DNA from: a virus
DNA length: 64,000 nt
Virus record (IMG/VR): IMGVR_UViG_3300028197_000003
Coordinates: 32,001-96,000 of that record
Reading direction: 5' to 3' (one strand)
This document shows, piece by piece, positions 17,157 through 27,933 of this stretch (the first letter of the stretch is position 1; every line of letters starts with the position of its first letter). The notes beneath the pieces were generated by a model. The model made no database searches. It was not told where the DNA came from and saw only the letters and a list, made by a program, of their open reading frames with translations. The translations under genes and the position numbers were made by a program.

Positions 17157-18002
17157 ATGGCGAACCCATCTACAAGACAGGAGTTAGTCGGTTACGCTAG
17201 GCGTCAACTAGGTGCTCCAGTCCTTGAAATAAACGTTGCTGATGAGCAAATTGAAGATCTGATGGATGATGCCATTCAGGTTTATCAAAATCGCCATATG
17301 GATGGCGTTGAATTGATGTACTTGAAGCATAAGATCACGCAGGACTTCCTTGATGCTACTCGCGCTAGGGCAGAAGATAAGTCAACTGGTATCACTACCA
17401 GTACAGGCACAGCAAATATTACTGGAATTGGCGTTACCACCTTTAGTTTTGAGGAGAACCAGAATTTCATCCAGGTTCCTGACGCGGTTATTGGGGTCGA
17501 AAGAATTTTCAAATTGGACAATCGTCTAATTTCGACGAACATGTTCAACATCAATTATCAGTTGATGCTGAATGATGTGTATTTTTTCAGTTCAATGGAA
17601 CTGATGGGATATACAATGACTAAAAGATATTTGGAAGACCTAGATCATATTTTACATCCTGAGAAAGCAATTCGTTTCAATCGTCGGCAGAACAGACTTT
17701 ATCTGGACGTTGATGGCAACAGTATGCAGGAAAATGATTACATCATTATCCGTTGCTATCGGGTTTTAGATCCCAACGATTTCCCAAAAGTATATAACGA
17801 TATCTTCCTGAAACGTTACTTTACTTCTCTCCTCAAAAAACAGTGGGGACAAAACCTAATCAAGTTCCAAGGTGTAAAATTGCCAGGTGGTGTTGAACTG
17901 AATGGTAGACAGATTTATGAAGATGCGGTTGGAGAAATTCAAGTATTAGAAGATAAGATGGCAAATGAGTATGAACTTCCTCCGCTTGATCTGATTGGAT
18001 AA
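17157..18002 (+). CDS. gp13: Neck protein gp13
   Basis: LGAPVLEINVADEQIED; KKQWGQNLIKFQGVKLPGGVELNG. Confidence 0.92.
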   Translation: MANPSTRQELVGYARRQLGAPVLEINVADEQIEDLMDDAIQVYQNRHMDGVELMYLKHKITQDFLDATRARAEDKSTGITTSTGTANITGIGVTTFSFEENQNFIQVPDAVIGVERIFKLDNRLISTNMFNINYQLMLNDVYFFSSMELMGYTMTKRYLEDLDHILHPEKAIRFNRRQNRLYLDVDGNSMQENDYIIIRCYRVLDPNDFPKVYNDIFLKRYFTSLLKKQWGQNLIKFQGVKLPGGVELNGRQIYEDAVGEIQVLEDKMANEYELPPLDLIG

Positions 18003-19396
18003 TGGCACTAAATCCCTTCTTTCAACAAGGCACCCCTGGTGAACAGGACCTCGTACAAGATCTGATAAATGAACAGATCCAAATGTATGGAGTGGAATTT
18101 ATTTACCTGCCTCGTATTTTTGTCAATACTAAGACTATTATGAGGGAGGTAACTTCTTCTAAGTTTACCAAATCATTTCCTATTGAAGGGTATATTGAGT
18201 CTTATGAAGGTTTTGATGCTGGATATAATCTACTAACAAAATTTGGAGTTCGTACTAACGCAGAGATGAAAATTGTCATCTCTCAAACTCGTTATCTAAA
18301 CTATATCACACCTTTGATGGTTGGTGCTCGTGGATTGACAAATGCACCCGTACGTCCTTATGAAGGAGATCTTATGTATTTCCCATACAGGGATCTACTG
18401 ATGGAGATCAAGTATGTTGATGACGTTAGTAACTTCTATCAACTACGTAAGAACTATACGTACACTCTGACGGTTGAACCGTTTGAGTATGAGGATGAAG
18501 TCATCCAGACTGGAGTCAATGTGATTGATGATGACTTCAAGACTGCTGGTTACAATGCTACTTTTGTTTTACTAGATGTTGGAAGCACTGCATCAGCAAC
18601 TGTAGGACTTGCCACTGGTATTCGTTATATCGATCTATTGAATGGTGGTAACGGTTGGAGTGCTGCCCCTAGAGTCAAAATTTCTCCTCCTGTAGGAGGG
18701 GGCACTACAGCAACTGCAGTTGCCATCACTAGCACTACAGGCACAAGTGCTTTCCGATCAACTTATATTAGTGACATCTTTATTACTAATCCTGGTGTAG
18801 GTTACACTGCAGTTCCTACTATTCAATTCATCTCTGAGGATGGTCTAGGATCTGGTGCAATTGCAAAAGTTGCTATCTCCACCAGTGGAGGCATTAGTAA
18901 TGTTATTGTTAGTAATGTTGGATCAGATTATGTACAGGCGGATCCTCCAGATATTACTTTCAATGCACCTCCTTCTGGGGGGCATATTGCCAAGGCACTT
19001 GCAGTCGTAGATACATTGGGTCGTTTGAATGCGATTCGTATCACTGATGCTGGTTCTGGATACACTTCCAACCCTACAATTACAGTAGGAGCAGCAGGCA
19101 CAGTTGGTGTTGGTACTTTCAATTATGGAGAAGTTATAAAAGGTCAATCCAGTCTCAGCACTGCGTTTGTTACTACTTGGAATGCTCCAACTCTTACTCT
19201 CAAAGCACGCAATCTGAGTGGTAACTTTAGTGTTGGCGAACTTATCGTGGACAATGAAGGAAGTGCGTATCGTCTAAATACCATCGATTATAATGATGAC
19301 GACTTCGCTCCCAGTTACAACTCGGGAGATACTATTCAGAACGAAGCAGATAGCATCTTAGATTTTACAGCGAAAAACCCCTTTGGTGAAGTGTAA
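18002..19396 (+). CDS. gp14: Neck protein gp14 with cyanophage-type C-terminal extension
   Basis: EQDLVQDLINEQIQMYG; PYEGDLMYFP; ends FTAKNPFGEV; position after gp13. Confidence 0.9.
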   Translation: MALNPFFQQGTPGEQDLVQDLINEQIQMYGVEFIYLPRIFVNTKTIMREVTSSKFTKSFPIEGYIESYEGFDAGYNLLTKFGVRTNAEMKIVISQTRYLNYITPLMVGARGLTNAPVRPYEGDLMYFPYRDLLMEIKYVDDVSNFYQLRKNYTYTLTVEPFEYEDEVIQTGVNVIDDDFKTAGYNATFVLLDVGSTASATVGLATGIRYIDLLNGGNGWSAAPRVKISPPVGGGTTATAVAITSTTGTSAFRSTYISDIFITNPGVGYTAVPTIQFISEDGLGSGAIAKVAISTSGGISNVIVSNVGSDYVQADPPDITFNAPPSGGHIAKALAVVDTLGRLNAIRITDAGSGYTSNPTITVGAAGTVGVGTFNYGEVIKGQSSLSTAFVTTWNAPTLTLKARNLSGNFSVGELIVDNEGSAYRLNTIDYNDDDFAPSYNSGDTIQNEADSILDFTAKNPFGEV

Positions 19397-20442
19397 TGGT
19401 TGGCAATTACTTTTACAATGAAACAATTCGGAAAACCGTAATTGCTTTCGGTACACTATTCAATAACATCAGCGTCAAAAAATTTGGCACTGATGGTAAG
19501 AGTATTAGTCAAATCAAAGTTCCTATTGCATACGGACCTATTCAACGGTTCCTTGCACGGATTGAACAGCAACCAAACTTTGATGACAATATTGCTATCA
19601 GTCTACCTAGATTGTCGTTTCAGTTGACATCATACGTCTACGACGCAAGTAGAAAAGCATCTCCTATTCAGAAGTTTACAATGCTGTCACCGACAGCAAA
19701 ATCTAAAGTAAAGAAGATGTATATGCCTGTCCCATATGACGTGGGATTTAGGTTGAGTTTTGCAGCAAAACTGCAAGACGATGCACTACAAATCATTGAA
19801 CAAATTTTACCATTCTTCCAACCTTCCTATAGCGTGACTATCAACATGCTTGAGGGAGTAAGTGAGAAACGTGATATTCCTTTTACTCTAACAAACGTTG
19901 GGTTTGTTGATGAATACGAAGGAGATTTTTCAACACGCAGATTTATACAATATGATCTTGATTTCGTAGCAAAGACGTATTTCTATCAAGAAGTGCCTAC
20001 GGACGAAAATGGAATTATCAAAAAAGTTCAAGTGGATTATTCTTCCGCTCTCCGTGCTCCAAGGGAACAGAGATACACCGTTGTTCCCCAAGCATCTAAA
20101 GATTATAATGAAGACGAATCGGGAAAAATTACTGCCGCCGTCGATAAAATAAAAACTCTTATCAAGGTAGCAAATGGATCACAGTACACAGTTGGTGCAT
20201 TCATTGAAATAAACAATGAAGTTATGAGAATCAAAGAAATTGATTCTAATAACCTGATTGTTCAAAGGGGTGTGTATAACACCAATATTGTTGAACATGC
20301 AGCAGATGACAGAATCAATCTAGTAAATAGTGTTGATAATGAACTAATTGAATTTGGGGACACATTCGGTTTTAGTGAATCTAGATCATTCTTTGGTGCA
20401 GATGGAAAATCGTTTAGTCCTAAAACTGGTACTGATTTATGA
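19396..20442 (+). CDS. gp15: Tail sheath stabiliser / tail completion protein gp15
   Basis: YFYNETIRKTVIAFGTLFN; LQIIEQILPFFQP. Confidence 0.92.
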   Translation: MVGNYFYNETIRKTVIAFGTLFNNISVKKFGTDGKSISQIKVPIAYGPIQRFLARIEQQPNFDDNIAISLPRLSFQLTSYVYDASRKASPIQKFTMLSPTAKSKVKKMYMPVPYDVGFRLSFAAKLQDDALQIIEQILPFFQPSYSVTINMLEGVSEKRDIPFTLTNVGFVDEYEGDFSTRRFIQYDLDFVAKTYFYQEVPTDENGIIKKVQVDYSSALRAPREQRYTVVPQASKDYNEDESGKITAAVDKIKTLIKVANGSQYTVGAFIEINNEVMRIKEIDSNNLIVQRGVYNTNIVEHAADDRINLVNSVDNELIEFGDTFGFSESRSFFGADGKSFSPKTGTDL

Positions 20443-20846
20443 CTCAACATTTTGATGCTATCGATAAAGCACTAGAGACTAAATCTGAAATTGTAAAAGA
20501 AACAAGAGCAATTTCAAAAAAATTGAGACCTGAAGACCCCGATAAAGATTATGAGTATTCTCGTGCTCAACTTTATAACTTAGTTGAGAAAGGACAAGAA
20601 GCAGTAAATGGTATTCTTGACGTTTGTATGGATACTCAGCACCCCAGAGCATATGAAGTTGCTGGTCAGTTGATCAAACACGTCGGTGATGTCACTGACA
20701 AAATTGTTGATTTGCAGAAAAAAATGAAAGATCTGAGTGCAGAAGATGGTCCCAAAAATGTTACTAATAATGCGTTGTTTGTAGGTAGCACAAGCGAACT
20801 ACAAAAAATGATCAAGAAGGGTCTTCTAAATAATACTGATAAGTAG
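20439..20846 (+). CDS. gp16: Terminase small subunit
   Basis: HPRAYEVAGQLIK; NNALFVGSTSELQK. Confidence 0.93.
   Translation: MTQHFDAIDKALETKSEIVKETRAISKKLRPEDPDKDYEYSRAQLYNLVEKGQEAVNGILDVCMDTQHPRAYEVAGQLIKHVGDVTDKIVDLQKKMKDLSAEDGPKNVTNNALFVGSTSELQKMIKKGLLNNTDK
20827..20832 (+). promoter_or_regulatory. Late promoter TAAATA
   Basis: At the 3' end of gp16, 22 nt before ORF 20855. Confidence 0.6.
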
Positions 20847-20854
20847 TTTCTCCA

Positions 20855-21649
20855 ATGTTATACACATATAAATTACCTATCTTTGAAGCACCTGGTGATG
20901 GTTTCGCTCGCATGAGTGATGATCAGTTCATAGATTACCAGAAGAAAAATCCTGGTGCGGCAGAAAAAGCGGCACAGGTAAGAAAGCAAGCACAAGCACG
21001 TGCCAATAAATCCAACAACACATCCAACAACACATCCAACAACACATCTACAGCAAAACCTTCAGGAAAGAAGGAGGTAGGAACCAGTGCCCTTGCCAAG
21101 CGTGGCGGTATTGTCAAAAGTAATTCACAAGGCAATCAGTCTAATAAGGTTGGTGGCTCTAGTGATAGCAAGCGTGTTGGTGCTGCTGGGGGCAAGGCAG
21201 TAGACATGGGTGTGAAGAAGGTGAATGTCCGTGATGTAACTCCTGGACAAAAGAAAGTTTCTGGTTCTTCTTCTTCATCGGATTCCGTTTCAGGAGGACA
21301 AAAGAAACTTTCTAGTGGAAGTGGATCGAATCAAAACCGTCCCCCTTCTGGGGCAGGTACTGATAGAGTTGCTCAAGGTGGTGCACTTGCGAAGAGAGCA
21401 CCTGAGAAAAAGACTGGCGGACCTACCAACTACACCGCAAAGAAAAATTATGTCAAGGCGAAGAGAGTTGCTGGCAAAGTTGGTGCTGCAGCACGAGTTG
21501 CAGGAAAAGCCGCAGTTGTTGCAGGAAAAGTTGGTAAGTACGCAATTGGAAACACTGCGGCTGCTTTTGGCAAGTCTAGTTGGAAGACCGAATCTAAACA
21601 ACTAAAGACATTTGGTCAGTTCATGATTGAAAGTGAAAACGGAAAGTAA
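20855..21649 (+). CDS. Low-complexity K/S/G-rich protein between gp16 and gp17
   Basis: 264 aa, basic, probably disordered. Confidence 0.7.
   Translation: MLYTYKLPIFEAPGDGFARMSDDQFIDYQKKNPGAAEKAAQVRKQAQARANKSNNTSNNTSNNTSTAKPSGKKEVGTSALAKRGGIVKSNSQGNQSNKVGGSSDSKRVGAAGGKAVDMGVKKVNVRDVTPGQKKVSGSSSSSDSVSGGQKKLSSGSGSNQNRPPSGAGTDRVAQGGALAKRAPEKKTGGPTNYTAKKNYVKAKRVAGKVGAAARVAGKAAVVAGKVGKYAIGNTAAAFGKSSWKTESKQLKTFGQFMIESENGK
21011..21046 (+). repeat. Three perfect 12-nt tandem repeats encoding SNNT
   Basis: tccaacaacaca x3. Confidence 0.95.
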
Positions 21650-21652
21650 TTT

Positions 21653-23311
21653 ATGACTAGGAGTGACGTATACCTTGGTAATCCTAATCTAAAAAAAGTA
21701 AATACCAAACAGGAATTTACCGAAGAAAACATCATCGAATATGTTCGATGTAAGAATGATCCCGTTTATTTTACAGAAAAATATATAAAAATTGTGAACG
21801 TGGACGAAGGTCTTGTCCCGTTCAACATGTATAAGTTTCAAAAAAAACTTATCAAAAATTTTCATCAAAACAGATTCAATATCTGTAAAATGCCTAGGCA
21901 GACTGGAAAGTCTACCACTGTTGTATCGTTTCTTCTTCACTACGCAATCTTCAATGATAACGTCAACATCGGAATCCTTGCAAACAAAGCAGCAACAGCT
22001 AGAGATCTCCTCGGCAGATTACAACTGGCGTACGAAAACCTGCCGCGCTGGATGCAGCAAGGCATTATAGCTTGGAACAAAGGATCTATGGAACTGGAGA
22101 ACGGTTCTAAGATCATTGCTGCATCTACCTCAGCATCTGCTGTCCGAGGTATGTCTTTCAACATTATCTTCCTGGACGAGTTTGCGTTTGTGGCAAACCA
22201 CTTGGCGGATGATTTCTTTGCGTCAGTATATCCTACAATCTCATCTGGTAAATCTTCTAAAGTAATTATCGTATCTACGCCTCACGGCATGAACCACTTC
22301 TACAGAATGTGGCATGATGCTGAGCGTGGTAAGAACGAGTATGTTCCTACTGAGGTACACTGGTCTGAAGTGCCAGGTAGAGATGCTAAGTGGAAAAAGC
22401 AAACTATTGCTAACACGTCAGAACAACAGTTCAAGATTGAGTTTGAGTGTGAATTCCTAGGATCTGTTGATACTTTGATAGCAGCATCAAAACTAAAAGC
22501 ACTGGTCTTTGAAGACCCAGTGAAAAGGAATGGCAAGTTATCTTTATATGAAACTCCACGTGAAAAACATGAGTACGTCATTACAGTTGACGTTGCACGT
22601 GGTGTAGGCAAAGACTATAGCACGTTCTGTGTTTTTGATATCACAGAGTATCCATATAAAATTGTAGGAGTTTATAGGGACAATGAAATCAAACCCATGA
22701 TCTTCCCATCAATTATTGAGGAAGTGGGTAGGGCATACAACAACGCACATGTTCTGGCAGAAGTCAATGACATCGGTGATCAGGTGGCATCTATTTTGTT
22801 CTATGACTTGGAGTATGAAAACCTGTTGATGGTTGCCATGCGTGGGCGTGCAGGTCAGCAAGTTGGTTCTGGGTTCTCTGGTGTCAAGACTCAGTTGGGT
22901 GTGAAGATGAGTCAGGTCACCAAGAAGGTGGGTTGCTCTAACCTCAAAACTCTGGTTGAGGATGACAAACTAATCTTCTGCGACTACAACATCATTGCAG
23001 AACTGACAACGTTCATCCAGAAGAAACAGTCGTTTGAGGCAGAGGAAGGTTGTAATGATGACCTTGCTATGTGCCTGGTTATCTTTGCATGGTTAGTTGC
23101 ACAGGATTATTTCAAGGAGATGACGGACCAAGATGTTCGTAAAAAAATATATGATGAACAGAAGAATGCTATTGAACAAGACATGGCACCTTTCGGTTTT
23201 GTATGCGACGGTTTTGATGAGATGGGTGGGGAAAGTATAGAGTCAGACGGTACGATTTGGAAAACTGATGAGTATGGAGATCGCTCTTACATGTGGGAGT
23301 ACCATTCCTAA
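21653..23311 (+). CDS. gp17: Terminase large subunit
   Basis: Walker A PRQTGKST; IFLDEFAF; VDVARG; NDDLAM. Confidence 0.97.
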   Translation: MTRSDVYLGNPNLKKVNTKQEFTEENIIEYVRCKNDPVYFTEKYIKIVNVDEGLVPFNMYKFQKKLIKNFHQNRFNICKMPRQTGKSTTVVSFLLHYAIFNDNVNIGILANKAATARDLLGRLQLAYENLPRWMQQGIIAWNKGSMELENGSKIIAASTSASAVRGMSFNIIFLDEFAFVANHLADDFFASVYPTISSGKSSKVIIVSTPHGMNHFYRMWHDAERGKNEYVPTEVHWSEVPGRDAKWKKQTIANTSEQQFKIEFECEFLGSVDTLIAASKLKALVFEDPVKRNGKLSLYETPREKHEYVITVDVARGVGKDYSTFCVFDITEYPYKIVGVYRDNEIKPMIFPSIIEEVGRAYNNAHVLAEVNDIGDQVASILFYDLEYENLLMVAMRGRAGQQVGSGFSGVKTQLGVKMSQVTKKVGCSNLKTLVEDDKLIFCDYNIIAELTTFIQKKQSFEAEEGCNDDLAMCLVIFAWLVAQDYFKEMTDQDVRKKIYDEQKNAIEQDMAPFGFVCDGFDEMGGESIESDGTIWKTDEYGDRSYMWEYHS

Positions 23312-23319
23312 AGTCCCAC

Positions 23320-23341
23320 TAAATAACCTTTTCCCTAAATA
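23320..23341 (+). promoter_or_regulatory. Tandem late promoters (TAAATA x2)
   Basis: 23320-23325 and 23336-23341 upstream of gp18. Confidence 0.75.
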
Positions 23342-23375
23342 TCTCTAGTCATCGTAGGGACAACAGGGAGTTAGA

Positions 23376-25556
23376 ATGGCACTTCGATTAGCATCTCCGG
23401 GTATTTCTATACGGGAAGTTGACCTAACTCGTGGTGGCGTTGATTTTACAACCAACGTCGTAGCAGGTTTTGTCGGTCCCTTTCGGAAAGGACCCGTAAA
23501 CGAGATTACTCGTATCAATAACGAGAAAGAACTCGTTGATGTTTTCGGGCAACCGGGAATTGGCAAGTCTGATTATCATTATGAGGTTTTTCTTTCCGCA
23601 TCACACTTCCTCTCATATGGAGGAAAATTAGATGTGGTACGTTGCAAGGGTGGAGACCTTGTAAACGCAAACGCAGCGGCTGGTTACGCACATACCACCA
23701 ACCTTTTGGTTGAAAATGAGGACGATTATTACAACAATCAAGCAGACGATCTTCACTGGTACTTTGCTGCTAAGAACCCTGGTGCTTGGTCAAACCAAGT
23801 AAAAGTCGCAGTTATCGATAACTTCGCTGACCAGACTGTTACCCCTACACTACAAACTGGCACCATTGCATCCAACGTGGCCGTTGGTATGGGTGTCACT
23901 CAGCATCTGACAGGACAAACTGTTGGTCTGGGAACGGTGACTGCCGCAACAGGTGTCCTAAAAGGTATCGTTACTGCCAAGACTGCTACAACAGTAGATA
24001 TTCGAGTTGTTAGCACAGTTATTGCAGGAACTGAAACTATTGTTGATTATCAGCAAAACTCCCAACGCGAATTCAAGACGGGTTCTCCCCTGAACTTCGT
24101 GAACAGTTCTGGAAACACTACTGCCATGGGGCAGACAGCTACTACTGCTGACTGGTACAACTCCCAAAACATTCTAACCAGTATTGCTGATGGTGGTACT
24201 GACTTAGTTACCTTACCTTGGCGCTCTGTTCTGAACCGTCCTCAGACCAGCAACTATACTTCAAATCGTGATGGCAACAATGATTCCCTTCACATTGTAG
24301 TTGTTGATGCTGGTGGTCAGGTAACTGGTGATGTAGGTTCTGTTCTAGAGAAGTTCGGCAACTTGTCTAAGTCCAGCGACGCTGAAGTTGCTGGTGGTCG
24401 TGATATTTACTACAAAGATTACATTGCTGAGAACTCTGCTTATCTCTGGGCAGGTGTTTCTCTGGTAAATGGAACTGACACTTTCAACAACACTGCACCT
24501 ATTGCTTCTGGATTTAGTGCTGGGTTTACGCCTCTCACCTCTGGTGCTGGTGCATGGGGTCAAGAATCTAAGGACCTCAAGTTCAACCTCGTAGGTAATG
24601 TCAAGTACACCCTTCTGGGTGGTCTGGACTACACCGGTATCGGAGTGTTCGATGCACCTCTAGGAGACCTCCTAACGTCTTATAACAAGTTTGCCGATCC
24701 TGTGGACAGCGACATTCGCTTCCTCCTTCAGGGTGGTGCATTCAAATCTAAAGAAGAAGAGCAGGCAAAAGCAAACAAGATGATCCAAATCTGCGAACTG
24801 CGGAAGGATTGTATTGCGTTTATTTCACCCTGCCGGAGTTCTCAAGTCAATGTGACTGAGTCTTCTGACAAACTGAAGAACACTCTTGAGTTCTTCTCAC
24901 CCATCACCTCCAGTTCATACGCCGTCTTTGACTCTGGTTACCAGTACGTATACGACCGCTTCAACAGGCAGTTCGTTTACATGCCGATTTCTGCTGACAT
25001 TGCTGGACTTTGTGCACGGACTGACCGGGATAATTTCCCTTGGTTCTCTCCTGCAGGTCAGGTGCGTGGTGGTTTGAACTTTGCTATCAAACTGGCGTTC
25101 AATCCTGGTCAGGATTCCCGAGATCAGCTTTATTCAAACCGGATCAACCCTGTCATCTCTCAACCTGGTGGCGGTATTATCCTGTTCGGAGACAAGACGG
25201 GTCTTTCCTTCGAGAGTGCGTTTGATCGCATCAACGTTCGTCGCCTCTTCATCACCCTGGAGAAAGCGATTGAGAACGCTGCTAAGTCTCAACTCTTTGA
25301 ACTCAATGATGCTGGAACTCGTTCCAACTTCATCAACATTGTCGAACCTTTCCTCCGCGACGTGCAAGCGAAGCGTGGTCTAACCGACTTCCTGCTCGTC
25401 TGTGATGAGACGAACAACACCCCCGATGCAATTGACCGCAATGAGTTTATTGCTGACATCTACCTCAAACCCGCCCGCTCGATCAACTTCATTGGTCTGA
25501 CGTTTGTTGCTACCCGCACTGGCGTTAGCTTTAGCGAAGTCGTCGGCACCGTCTGA
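23376..25556 (+). CDS. gp18: Tail sheath protein
   Basis: SPGISIREVDLT; PWFSPAGQVRG; RINVRRLF; KPARSINFI. Confidence 0.97.
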   Translation: MALRLASPGISIREVDLTRGGVDFTTNVVAGFVGPFRKGPVNEITRINNEKELVDVFGQPGIGKSDYHYEVFLSASHFLSYGGKLDVVRCKGGDLVNANAAAGYAHTTNLLVENEDDYYNNQADDLHWYFAAKNPGAWSNQVKVAVIDNFADQTVTPTLQTGTIASNVAVGMGVTQHLTGQTVGLGTVTAATGVLKGIVTAKTATTVDIRVVSTVIAGTETIVDYQQNSQREFKTGSPLNFVNSSGNTTAMGQTATTADWYNSQNILTSIADGGTDLVTLPWRSVLNRPQTSNYTSNRDGNNDSLHIVVVDAGGQVTGDVGSVLEKFGNLSKSSDAEVAGGRDIYYKDYIAENSAYLWAGVSLVNGTDTFNNTAPIASGFSAGFTPLTSGAGAWGQESKDLKFNLVGNVKYTLLGGLDYTGIGVFDAPLGDLLTSYNKFADPVDSDIRFLLQGGAFKSKEEEQAKANKMIQICELRKDCIAFISPCRSSQVNVTESSDKLKNTLEFFSPITSSSYAVFDSGYQYVYDRFNRQFVYMPISADIAGLCARTDRDNFPWFSPAGQVRGGLNFAIKLAFNPGQDSRDQLYSNRINPVISQPGGGIILFGDKTGLSFESAFDRINVRRLFITLEKAIENAAKSQLFELNDAGTRSNFINIVEPFLRDVQAKRGLTDFLLVCDETNNTPDAIDRNEFIADIYLKPARSINFIGLTFVATRTGVSFSEVVGTV

Positions 25557-25575
25557 TCAATAGGAGAATCAACTA

Positions 25576-26211
25576 ATGGCTTTAGATAGGAACATTTTTT
25601 CCATACCAAACAACGAACGATCTATTGATTCGTTCAAGTCTCGTCTGACGGGCGGCGGTGCTCGCGCTAATCTGTTTGAGGTTGAACTAAACTTCCCTCG
25701 GGGAGTTGGCATCTTTGATGAAGAAATCGAAGACACCACATACCGGATGATGATCAAGGGAGCACAACTCCCTGCTTCAAATATCCAGGAAGTGCTTGTC
25801 CCCTTCCGGGGTCGTCAACTCAAAGTTGCTGGGGATCGTCGTTTCGATCCTTGGACCATCAGTGTAATCAACGATGGTGACTTCAAACTCCGCGAAGCAT
25901 TTGAGCGGTGGTCAAACTTTATCACCAAAGTGTCTGATGGTTCTGGAACTGTCAACCCCAGTGAGTATTATGCTGACTGGACTGTGAACCAATTGGGTCG
26001 TGCAAGCACGAACCTCAATGTTCAGGGTAAGGACAACCCCGCACAACTTCCTGTGCTGCGTCGTTACTCAATGAAGGGTTGCTGGCCTAGTTCTGTTGGT
26101 GCTGTTGAGTTGTCTTACGACTCGGCAGATACCATCGAAGAATTCCAGGTTACCCTGCAAGTTCAGTGGTGGGCTGCTTACGACAGCAATAACGGTGATT
26201 CTGTGGTCTGA
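25576..26211 (+). CDS. gp19: Tail tube protein
   Basis: GGGARANLFEV; FRGRQLKVAGDRRFDPW. Confidence 0.96.
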   Translation: MALDRNIFSIPNNERSIDSFKSRLTGGGARANLFEVELNFPRGVGIFDEEIEDTTYRMMIKGAQLPASNIQEVLVPFRGRQLKVAGDRRFDPWTISVINDGDFKLREAFERWSNFITKVSDGSGTVNPSEYYADWTVNQLGRASTNLNVQGKDNPAQLPVLRRYSMKGCWPSSVGAVELSYDSADTIEEFQVTLQVQWWAAYDSNNGDSVV

Positions 26212-26217
26212 TAAATA
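26212..26217 (+). promoter_or_regulatory. Late promoter TAAATA
   Basis: Upstream of gp20. Confidence 0.75.
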
Positions 26218-26245
26218 TATTGATTAGACTAACACCCCTATTATT

Positions 26246-27904
26246 ATGACCAAACTTTTTGGTTTTTCAATTGATGATGAATCAAAAAAATCGAAAGGTA
26301 TAATCAGCCCTGTCGCTCCTAACAAGGAAGACGGATCTGATTACTACCTTTCTTCGGGTTTTTATGGACAGTATGTTGATATCGAAGGTGTCTTCAGGAC
26401 CGAGTTCGATATCATCAAACGCTACAGGGATATGTCCCTGCATCCAGAATGTGACACTGCTGTAGAGCACGTAGTCAATGAGGCAATTGTCTCAGATCTA
26501 AATGATTCCCCAGTGGAAATTGACCTTGACAACCTTCAAGTCGGGCAATCTCTCAAGAATGTTATTCGTGATGAATTCAAGAGTGTAAAAGATCTTCTTG
26601 AATTTGATAAGAAGTCGCATGAAATTTTCCGCAACTGGTATGTGGATGGGCGACTGTATTACCACAAGGTAATTGACGTACAGAAACCTGACGAAGGTAT
26701 CAAAGAAATTAGATATATCGACGCCCTCAAGATCAAGTTGATGAGGATCAAACCCAATGAAAGGGGTAAGGGTGTTCCTGATATGCCCATGCCGGATAAC
26801 GCTGCAATTAGTGTTACCAAAGATACTAAGATTCAAGAATTTTACACGTACTACCCTGCAGGTGTAGCGCAGAAGTATGGTTCTGTTGCAGGTAAGGGCG
26901 TACGAATCGCTAAGGATTCTATCTGTCATGTCACCTCTGGTCTGATTGATCGTAATAAGAAACTTACCCTATCTTACCTCCACAAAGCAATCAAAGGTTT
27001 GAACCAACTGCGGATGATTGAGGACTCCCTTGTCATCTACCGTATGTCACGGGCACCTGAACGTCGCATTTTCTACATTGATGTTGGTAACTTACCAAAG
27101 GTCAAGGCAGAGCAGTATTTACGGGACGTAATGAGTCGTTACCGTAACAAGTTGGTGTATGACGCTAACACTGGTGAAGTCAAAGACGACAAGAAGTTCA
27201 TGTCAATGTTGGAAGACTTCTGGCTTCCTCGCCGTGAAGGTGGTCGTGGTACAGAAATTACTACACTGCCTGGTGGACAGAATCTTGGCGAACTTGCTGA
27301 TATTGAATACTTCCAGAAGAAACTGTATCGTTCATTGAACGTTCCTGAGTCCCGCATCGCAGGTGACAGTGGATTCAACATGGGTCGCTCTAGTGAAATC
27401 CTTCGCGACGAACTGATGTTCAGTAAGTTCGTGGGTCGTCTCCGTAAACGTTTCTCTGCATTGTTCCTTGATCTACTAAAAACTCAGTTGATCCTCAAGA
27501 ACATCGTTACTCCCGAAGATTGGGAGAAGATGGCAGAGCATATTCAGTTTGATTATTTGTATGACAATCACTTTGCAGAACTCAAAGAAACTGAGTTGAT
27601 GAATGAAAGATTGAATGTCATGGTTCAAATTGAACCTTACATCGGTACCTACTACTCACGTGATTATGTGAAACGTAAGGTCTTACGTCAGACCGACGAA
27701 GAGATTATTGAGATGACACAGGAGATGGAAGAGGAAAATGCAACAGGGGAAGGAGTGCCGTTAGAAACTCAAAATGCAATCATGCAAGGTCAGATTGAGA
27801 ACGGTCAAATTGGTAATAATCAGAACGGTGCATCGGGTAAAGTCCCCACTGATCCTAATGATGGTGATGCGCCCCTTCTAGATATCAAGAAAGCCAAGAT
27901 ATAA
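26246..27904 (+). CDS. gp20: Portal vertex protein
   Basis: RAPERRIFYIDVGNLPK; EDFWLPRREGGRGTEITTLPGG. Confidence 0.98.
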   Translation: MTKLFGFSIDDESKKSKGIISPVAPNKEDGSDYYLSSGFYGQYVDIEGVFRTEFDIIKRYRDMSLHPECDTAVEHVVNEAIVSDLNDSPVEIDLDNLQVGQSLKNVIRDEFKSVKDLLEFDKKSHEIFRNWYVDGRLYYHKVIDVQKPDEGIKEIRYIDALKIKLMRIKPNERGKGVPDMPMPDNAAISVTKDTKIQEFYTYYPAGVAQKYGSVAGKGVRIAKDSICHVTSGLIDRNKKLTLSYLHKAIKGLNQLRMIEDSLVIYRMSRAPERRIFYIDVGNLPKVKAEQYLRDVMSRYRNKLVYDANTGEVKDDKKFMSMLEDFWLPRREGGRGTEITTLPGGQNLGELADIEYFQKKLYRSLNVPESRIAGDSGFNMGRSSEILRDELMFSKFVGRLRKRFSALFLDLLKTQLILKNIVTPEDWEKMAEHIQFDYLYDNHFAELKETELMNERLNVMVQIEPYIGTYYSRDYVKRKVLRQTDEEIIEMTQEMEEENATGEGVPLETQNAIMQGQIENGQIGNNQNGASGKVPTDPNDGDAPLLDIKKAKI

Positions 27905-27907
27905 ATA
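27900..27907 (+). promoter_or_regulatory. Late promoter TATAAATA
   Basis: Exact consensus overlapping the gp20 stop. Confidence 0.85.
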
Positions 27908-27933
27908 ACCTTTAGCGTTTCTACTACTTCGTA

